Source of the DNA: Azolla caroliniana | Lineage: Eukaryota > Plantae > Polypodiophyta | NCBI GenBank assembly: GCA_043228905.1 | Contig: JBHGNT010000056.1 | Coordinates: 103,856-167,855 of the forward strand | DNA: 64,000 bases | Direction of reading: 5' to 3' | Shown: positions 55,541 through 64,000 of the stretch, piece by piece | How the letters are laid out: every line of letters starts with the position of its first letter | Position numbering within the stretch: the stretch's first letter is position 1 | Position numbers and translations under genes: made by a program | The notes under the pieces: generated by a model | Database searches by the model: none | What the model was told of the DNA's origin: nothing | Seen by the model: the letters and a program-made list of their open reading frames with translations, nothing else

Positions 55541-58500
55541 CTTCGATTTGCATGTTTGAACACAGAAATCCGATATCACACGAGCCAGGTATGACCATTT
55601 TAATTTACTCACCGGCTCTTCTCAACTCCCTCCTCAAATATGCTAATTTCCTCATGTCTCTCGACCTGAGTTTCAAAATCTCGATTTTTTAATTCTATAT
55701 CATAGCTAGCCTTGTTAGCTTCGATTTGCATGTTTGAACACAGAAATCCGATATCACACGAGCCAGGTATGACCATTTTAATTTACTCACTGACTCTTCT
55801 CAACTCCCTCCTCCAGCATGCTAATTTCCTCATGTCTCTCGACCTGAGTTTCAAAATCTCGATTTTTTAATTCTATATCATAGCTAGCCTTGTTAGTTTC
55901 GATTCGCATGTTTGAACACAGAAATCCGATATCACACGAGCCAGGTATGACCATTTTAATTTACTCACACGCTCTTCTCAACTCCCTCCTCAAATATGCT
56001 AATTTCTTCATGTCTCTCGACCTGAGTTTCAAAATCTCGATTTTTTAATTCTATATCATAGCTAGCCTTGTTAGCTTCGATTTACATGTTTGAACACAGA
56101 AATCCGATATCACACGAGCCAGGTATGACCATTTTAATTTACTCACTAGCTCTTCTCAACTCCCTCCTCAAATATGCTAATTTCTTCATGTCTCTCGACC
56201 TGAGTTTCAAAATCTCGATTTTTTAATTCTATATCATAGCTAGCCTTGTTAGCTTCGATTCGCATGTTTGAACACAGAAATCCGATATCACACGAGCCAG
56301 GTATGACCATTTTAATTTACTCACTGGCTCTTCTCAACTCCCTCCTCAAATATGCTAATTTCCTCATGTCTCTTGACCTGAGTTTCAAAATCTCGATTTT
56401 TTAATTCTATATCATAGCTAGCCTTGTTAGTTTCGATTCGCATGTTTGAACACAGAAATCCGATATCACACGAGCCAGGTATGACCATTTTAATTTACTC
56501 ACACGCTCTTCTCAACTCCCTCCTCAAATATGCTAATTTCTTCATGTCTCTCGACCTGAGTTTCAAAATCTCGATTTTTTAATTCTATATCATAGCTAGC
56601 CTTGTTAGCTTCGATTTACATGTTTGAACACAGAAATCCGATATCACACGAGCCAGGTATGACCATTTTAATTTACTCACTGGCTCTTCTCAACTCCCTC
56701 CTCAAATATGCTAATTTCCTCATATCTCTCGACCTGAGTTTCAAAATCTCGATTTTTTAATTCTATATCATAGCTAGCCTTGTTAGTTTCGATTTGCATG
56801 TTTGAACACAGAAATCCGATATCACACGAGCCAGGTATGACCATTTTAATTTACTCACTGGCTCTTCTCAACTCCCTCCTCAAATATGCTAATTTCTTCA
56901 TGTCTCTCGACCTGAGTTTCAAAATCTCGATTTTTTAATTCTATATCATAGCTAGCCTTGTTAGCTTCGATTCGCATGTTTGAACACAGAAATCCGATAT
57001 CACACGAGCCAGGTATGACCATTTTAATTTACTCACTGGCTCTTCTCAACTCCCTCCTCAAATATGCTAATTTCTTCATGTCTCTCGACCTGAGTTTCAA
57101 AATCTCGATTTTTTAATTCTATATCATAGCTAGCCTTGTTAGCTTCGATTCGCATGTTTGAACACAGAAATCCGATATCACACGAGCCAGGTATGACCAT
57201 TTTAATTTACTCACTCGCTCTTCTCAACTCCCTCCTCAAATATGCTAATTTCCTCATGTCTCTCGACCTGAGTTTCAAAATCACTATTTTTTAATTCTAT
57301 ATCATAGCTAGCCTTGTTAGTTTCGATTCGCATGTTTGAACACAGAAATCCGATATCACACGAGCCAGGTATGACCATTTTAATTTACTCAGTCGCTCTT
57401 CTCAACTCCCTCCTCCAGCATGCTAATTTCCTCATGTCTCTCGACGTCAGTTTCGAAATCACGATTTTTTAAGTCTATATCATAGCTAGCCTTGTTAGTT
57501 TCGATTCGCATGTTTGAACACAGAAATCCGATATCACACGAGCCAGGTATGACCATTTTAATTTACTCACACGCTCTTCTCAACTCCCTCCTCAAATATG
57601 CTAATTTCCTCATGTCTCTCGACCTGAGTTTCAAAATCTCGATTTTTTAATTCTATATCATAGCTAGCCTTGTTAGCTTCGATTCGCATGTTTGAACACA
57701 GAAATCCGATATCACACGAGCCAGGTATGACCATTTTAATTTACTCACTGGCTCTTCTCAACTCCCTCCTCAAATATGCTAATTTCCTCATGTCTCTTGA
57801 CCTGAGTTTCAAAATCTCGATTTTTTAATTCTATATCATAGCTAGCCTTGTTAGCTTCGATTTGCATGTTTGAACACTGAAATCCGATATCACACGAGCC
57901 AGGTATGACCATTTTAATTTACTCACGGGCTCTTCTCAACTCCCTCCTCAAATATGCTAATTTCCTCATGTCTCTCGACCTGAGTTTCAAAATCACGATT
58001 TTTTAATTCTATATCATAGCTAGCCTTGTTAGTTTCGATTCGCATGTTTGAACACAGAAATCCGATATCACACGAGCCAGGTATGACCATTTTAATTTAC
58101 TCACTCGCTCTTCTCAACTCCCTCCTCCAGCATGCTAATTTCCTCATGTCTTTCGACGTCAGTTTCGAAATCACGATTTTTTAAGTCTATATCATAGCTA
58201 GCCTTGTTAGTTTCGATTCGCATGTTTGAACACAGAAATCCGATATCACACGAGCCAGGTATGACCATTTTAATTTACTCACACGCTCTTCTCAACTCCC
58301 TCCTCAAATATGCTAATTTCTTCATGTCTCTCGACCTGAGTTTCAAAATCTCGATTTTTTAATTCTATATCATAGCTAGCCTTGTTAGTTTCGATTCGCA
58401 TGTTTGAACACAGAAATCCGATATCACACGAGCCAGGTATGACCATTTTAATTTACTCACTGGCTCTTCTCAACTCCCTCCTCAAATATGCTAATTTCCT

Positions 58501-60260
58501 CATGTCTCTCGACCTGAGTTTCAAAATCACGATTTTTTAAGTCTATATCATAGCTAGCCTTGTGAGCTTCGATTTGCATGTTTCAACACAGAAATCCGAT
58601 ATCACACGAGCCAGGTATGACCATTTTAATTTACTCACGGGCTCTTCTCAACTCCCTCCTCAAATATGCTAATTTCCTCATGTCTCTCGACCTGAGTTTC
58701 AAAATCTCGATTTTTTAATTCTATATCATAGCTAGCCTTGTTAGCTTCGATTTGCATGTTTGAACACAGAAATCCGATATCACACGAGCCAGGTATGACC
58801 ATTTTAATTTACTCACCGGCTCTTCTCAACTCCCTCCTCAAATATGCTAATTTCCTCATGTCTCTCGACCTGAGTTTCAAAATCTCGATTTTTTAATTCT
58901 ATATCATAGCTAGCCTTGTTAGCTTCGATTTGCATGTTTGAACACAGAAATCCGATATCACACGAGCCAGGTATGACCATTTTAATTTACTCACTGACTC
59001 TTCTCAACTCCCTCCTCCAGCATGCTAATTTCCTCATGTCTCTCGACCTGAGTTTCAAAATCTCGATTTTTTAATTCTATATCATAGCTAGCCTTGTTAG
59101 TTTCGATTCGCATGTTTGAACACAGAAATCCGATATCACACGAGCCAGGTATGACCATTTTAATTTACTCACACGCTCTTCTCAACTCCCTCCTCAAATA
59201 TGCTAATTTCTTCATGTCTCTCGACCTGAGTTTCAAAATCTCGATTTTTTAATTCTATATCATAGCTAGCCTTGTTAGCTTCGATTTACATGTTTGAACA
59301 CAGAAATCCGATATCACACGAGCCAGGTATGACCATTTTAATTTACTCACTAGCTCTTCTCAACTCCCTCCTCAAATATGCTAATTTCTTCATGTCTCTC
59401 GACCTGAGTTTCAAAATCTCGATTTTTTAATTCTATATCATAGCTAGCCTTGTTAGCTTCGATTCGCATGTTTGAACACAGAAATCCGATATCACACGAG
59501 CCAGGTATGACCATTTTAATTTACTCACTGGCTCTTCTCAACTCCCTCCTCAAATATGCTAATTTCCTCATGTCTCTGGACCTGAGTTTCAAAATCTCGA
59601 TTTTTTAATTCTATATCATAGCTAGCCTTGTTAGTTTCGATTCGCATGTTTGAACACAGAAATCCGATATCACACGAGCCAGGTATGACCATTTTAATTT
59701 ACTCACACGCTCTTCTCAACTCCCTCCTCAAATATGCTAATTTCTTCATGTCTCTCGACCTGAGTTTCAAAATCTCGATTTTTTAATTCTATATCATAGC
59801 TAGCCTTGTTAGCTTCGATTTACATGTTTGAACACAGAAATCCGATATCACACGAGCCAGGTATGACCATTTTAATTTACTCACTGGCTCTTCTCAACTC
59901 CCTCCTCAAATATGCTAATTTCCTCATATCTCTCGACCTGAGTTTCAAAATCTCGATTTTTTAATTCTATATCATAGCTAGCCTTGTTAGTTTCGATTTG
60001 CATGTTTGAACACAGAAATCCGATATCACACGAGCCAGGTATGACCATTTTAATTTACTCACTGGCTCTTCTCAACTCCCTCCTCAAATATGCTAATTTC
60101 TTCATGTCTCTCGACCTGAGTTTCAAAATCTCGATTTTTTAATTCTATATCATAGCTAGCCTTGTTAGCTTCGATTCGCATGTTTGAACACAGAAATCCG
60201 ATATCACACGAGCCAGGTATGACCATTTTAATTTACTCACTGGCTCTTCTCAACTCCCTC
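55330..60260. repeat. Duplicated block, offset 18 monomers (3204 bp)
   Basis: TTGTGAGC (55360/58564), CACTAGC (56148/59352) and CATATCTC (56724/59928) recur at +3204, as do CACCGGC and CACTGAC. Confidence 0.88.
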
Positions 60261-63200
60261 CTCAAATATGCTAATTTCCTCATGTCTCTTGACCTGAGTT
60301 TCAAAATCTCGATTTTTTAATTCTATATCATAGCTAGCCTTGTTAGTTTCGATTCGCATGTTTGAACACAGAAATCCGATATCACACGAGCCAGGTATGA
60401 CCATTTTAATTTACTCACACGCTCTTCTCAACTCCCTCCTCAAATATGCTAATTTCTTCATGTCTCTCGACCTGAGTTTCAAAATCTCGATATTTTAATT
60501 CTATATCATAGCTAGCCTTGTTAGTTTCGATTCGCATGTTTGAACAGAGAAATCCGATATCACACGAGCCAGGTATGACCATTTTAATTTACTCACTCGC
60601 TCTTCTCAACTCCCTCCTCAAATATGCTAATTTCTACATGTCTCTCGACCTGAGTTTCAAAATCTCGATTTTTTAATTCTATTTCATAGCTAGCCTTGTT
60701 AGTTTCGATTCGCATGTTTGAACACAGAAATCCGATATCACACGAGCCAGGTATGACCATTTTAATTTACTCACTCGCTCTTCTCAACTCCCTCCTCAAA
60801 TATGCTAATTTCTTCATGTCTCTCGACCTGAGTTTCAAAATCTCGATTTTTTAATTCTATATCATAGCTAGCCTTGTTAGTTTCGATTCGCATGTTTGAA
60901 CACAGAAATCCGATATCACACGAGCCAGGTATGACCATTTTAATTTACTCACTCGCTCTTCTCAACTCCCTCCTCAAATATGCTAATTTCCTCATGTCTC
61001 TCGACCTGAGTTTCAAAATCTCGATATTTTAATTCTATATCATAGCTAGCCTTGTTAGCTTCGATTTGCATGTTTGAACACTGAAATCCGATATCACACG
61101 AGCCAGGTATGACCATTTTAATTTACTCACTGGCTCTTCTCAACTCCCTCCTCAAATATGCTAATTTCCTCATGTCTCTCGACCTGAGTTTCAAAATCAC
61201 GATTTTTTATTTCTATATCATAGCTAGCCTTGTTAGTTTCGATTCGCATGTTTGAACACAGAAATCCGATATCACACGAGCCAGGTATGACCATTTTAAT
61301 TTACTCACTCGCTCTTCTCAACTCCCTCCTCCAGCATGCTAATTTCCTCATGTCTCTCGACCTGAGTTTCGAAATCACGATTTTTTAAGTCTATATCATA
61401 GCTAGCCTTGTGAGCTTCGATTTGCATGTTTGAACACAGAAATCCGATATCACACGAGCCAGGTATGACCATTTTAATTTACTCACGGGCTCTTCTCAAC
61501 TCCCTCCTCAAATATGCTAATTTCCTCATGTCTCTCGACCTGAGTTTCAAAATCTCGATTTTTTAATTCTATATCATAGCTAGCCTTGTTAGCTTCGATT
61601 TGCATGTTTGAACACAGAAATCCGATATCACACGAGCCAGGTATGACCATTTTAATTTACTCACTGACTCTTCTCAACTCCCTCCTCCAGCATGCTAATT
61701 TCCTCATGTCTCTCGACCTGAGTTTCAAAATCTCGATTTTTTAATTCTATATCATAGCTAGCCTTGTTAGTTTCGATTCGCATGTTTGAACACAGAAATC
61801 CGATATCACACGAGCCAGGTATGACCATTTTAATTTACTCACACGCTCTTCTCAACTCCCTCCTCAAATATGCTAATTTCTTCATGTCTCTCGACCTGAG
61901 TTTCAAAATCTCGATTTTTTAATTCTATATCATAGCTAGCCTTGTTAGCTTCGATTTACATGTTTGAACACAGAAATCCGATATCACACGAGCCAGGTAT
62001 GACCATTTTAATTTACTCACTGGCTCTTCTCAACTCCCTCCTCAAATATGCTAATTTCCTCATATCTCTCGACCTGAGTTTCAAAATCACGATTTTTTAA
62101 TTCTATATCATAGCTAGCCTTGTTAGTTTCAATTCGCATGTTTGAACACAGAAATCCGATATCACACGAGCCAGGTATGACCATTTTAATTTACTCACTC
62201 GCTCTTCTCAACTCCCTCTTCAAATATGCTAATTTCCTCATGTCTTTCGACGTCAGTTTCAAAATCTTGATTTTTTAATTCTATATCATAGCTAGCCTTG
62301 TTAACTTCGATTCGCATGTTTGAACACAGAAATCCAATATCACACGAGCCAGGTATGACCATTTTAATTTACTCACTCGCTCTTCTCAACTCCCTCCTCA
62401 AATATGTTAATTTCCTCATGTCTCTCGACCTGAGTTTCAAAATCACGATTTTTTAATTCTATATCATAGCTAGCCTTGTTAGCTTCGATTCGCATGTTTG
62501 AACACAGAAATCCGATATCACACGAGCCAGGTATGACCATTTTAATTTACTCACTCGCTCTTCTCAACTCCCTCCTCAAATATGCTAATTTCCGCATGTC
62601 TCTCGATCTGAGTTTCAAAATCTCGATTTTTTAATTCTATATCATACCTAGCGTTCTTAGTTTCAATTCGCATGTTTGAACACAGAAATCCGATATCACA
62701 CGAGCTAGGTATGACCATTTTAATTTACTCCCTCGCTCTTCTCAACTCCCTCCTCCAGCATGCTAATTTCCTCATGTCTCTCGACCTGAGTTTCAAAATC
62801 ACGATTTTTTAAGTCTATATCATAGCTAGCCTTGTTAGTTTCGATTTGCATGTTTGAACACAGAAATCCGATATCACACGAGCTAGGTATGACCATTTTA
62901 ATTTACTCACTGGCTCTCCTGAACTCCCTCCTCAAATATGCTAATTTCCTCATGTCTCTCGACCTGAGTTTCAAAATCTCGATTTTTTAATTCTATATCA
63001 TAGCTAGCGTTCTTAGTTTCAATTCGCATGTTTGAACACAGAAATCCGATATCACACGAGCCAGGTATGACCATTTTAATTTACTCACTCGCTCTTCTCA
63101 ACTCCCTCCTCCAACATGCTAATTTCCTCATGTCTCTCGACCTGAGTTTCAAAATCTCGATTTTTTAATTCTATATCATAGCTAGCCTTGTGAGCTTCGA

Positions 63201-64000
63201 TTTGCATGTTTGAACACAGAAATCCGATATCACACGAGCCAGGTATGACCATTTTAATTTACTCACGGGCTCTTCTCAACTCCCTCCTCAAATATGCTAA
63301 TTTCCTCATGTCTCTCGACCTGAGTTTCAAAATCTCGATTTTTTAATTCTATATCATAGCTAGCCTTGTTAGCTTCGATTTGCATGTTTGAACACAGAAA
63401 TCCGATATCACACGAGCCAGGTATGACCATTTTAATTTACTCACCGGCTCTTCTCAACTCCCTCCTCAAATATGCTAATTTCCTCATGTCTCTCGACCTG
63501 AGTTTCAAAATCTCGATTTTTTAATTCTATATCATAGCTAGCCTTGTTAGCTTCGATTTGCATGTTTGAACACAGAAATCCGATATCACACGAGCCAGGT
63601 ATGACCATTTTAATTTACTCACTGACTCTTCTCAACTCCCTCCTCCAGCATGCTAATTTCCTCATGTCTCTCGACCTGAGTTTCAAAATCTCGATTTTTT
63701 AATTCTATATCATAGCTAGCCTTGTTAGTTTCGATTCGCATGTTTGAACACAGAAATCCGATATCACACGAGCCAGGTATGACCATTTTAATTTACTCAC
63801 ACGCTCTTCTCAACTCCCTCCTCAAATATGCTAATTTCTTCATGTCTCTCGACCTGAGTTTCAAAATCTTGATTTTTTAATTCTATATCATAGCTAGCCT
63901 TGTTAGCTTCGATTTACATGTTTGAACACAGAAATCCGATATCACACGAGCCAGGTATGACCATTTTAATTTACTCACTGGCTCTTCTCAACTCCCTCCT

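Larger units (their letters stand above)
1..64000. repeat. Tandem satellite DNA array, 178-bp monomer, ~360 head-to-tail copies in one orientation (centromeric/heterochromatic-type; family not identified)
   Basis: TTTTAATTCTATATCA at 1 recurs at 179, 357 and so on. After adding back 28 deleted bases (3x2 + 22), 64028 = 359x178 + 126. Monomer position 126 (…CCCTCCT) matches the last bases of the window, so there is no other net indel or insertion. The array runs off both window ends. A centromeric role is inferred from monomer size and structure only. Confidence 0.99.

Noticed and set aside
1-64000. CRISPR array or other repeat-spacer system
   Set aside because: There are no unique spacers. 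The entire 178-bp unit is repeated with only point variants, and there are no cas genes.
1-64000. Arabidopsis thaliana CEN178 or primate alpha satellite
   Set aside because: Only the length is similar. The sequence does not match either consensus as I recall them, and I see no canonical CENP-B box.
1-64000. Tandem RNA gene array (5S rRNA, tRNA, snRNA, spliced leader)
   Set aside because: I recognise no 5S, tRNA or snRNA sequence or Pol III box A/B/C on either strand. The T6 run alone is insufficient. An Rfam/Infernal scan would settle it.
1-64000. Embedded transposon/retrotransposon, telomeric repeats or an inversion
   Set aside because: Monomer phase is conserved end to end once the four deletions (28 bp) are counted. 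I saw no foreign or reverse-oriented segment.
1-64000. Giant repetitive protein gene or a coded message in the A/B monomer order
   Set aside because: 178 is not a multiple of 3 and the ORF track shows nothing longer than 67 aa. The A/B order is explained by the local duplications and has no fixed period.

Overview
The whole 64-kb window is one uninterrupted, head-to-tail, single-orientation tandem satellite array of a 178-bp AT-rich monomer, about 360 copies. The consensus is approximately TTTTAATTCTATATCATAGCTAGCCTTGTTAGYTTCGATTCGCATGTTTGAACACAGAAATCCGATATCACACGAGCCAGGTATGACCATTTTAATTTACTCACWCGCTCTTCTCAACTCCCTCCTCAAATATGCTAATTTCYTCATGTCTCTCGACCTGAGTTTCAAAATCWCGATT. Monomer length, homogeneity and block-duplication structure resemble eukaryotic centromeric or heterochromatic satellite DNA. 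I do not recognise the family or organism. I see no genes, RNA genes, transposons, CRISPR arrays or inversions. The six 67-aa ORFs are by-products of one TAA>TAT satellite variant. The informative signal is in the variants: two interleaved monomer haplotypes (A and B) with chimeras; a mosaic of local duplications with different periods (2, 3, 5, 6, 10, 11, 12, 13, 15, 18, 19, 20 and 39 monomers); four deletions (3 x 2 bp, 1 x 22 bp) that account exactly for the phase drift; regional variant domains; a divergent island near 62.1-63.1 kb; and a C>T/G>A bias at CG and CHG sites. I found no evidence for a new protein- or RNA-coding system. Block boundaries were read by eye from marker variants and are accurate only to about 1-2 monomers.
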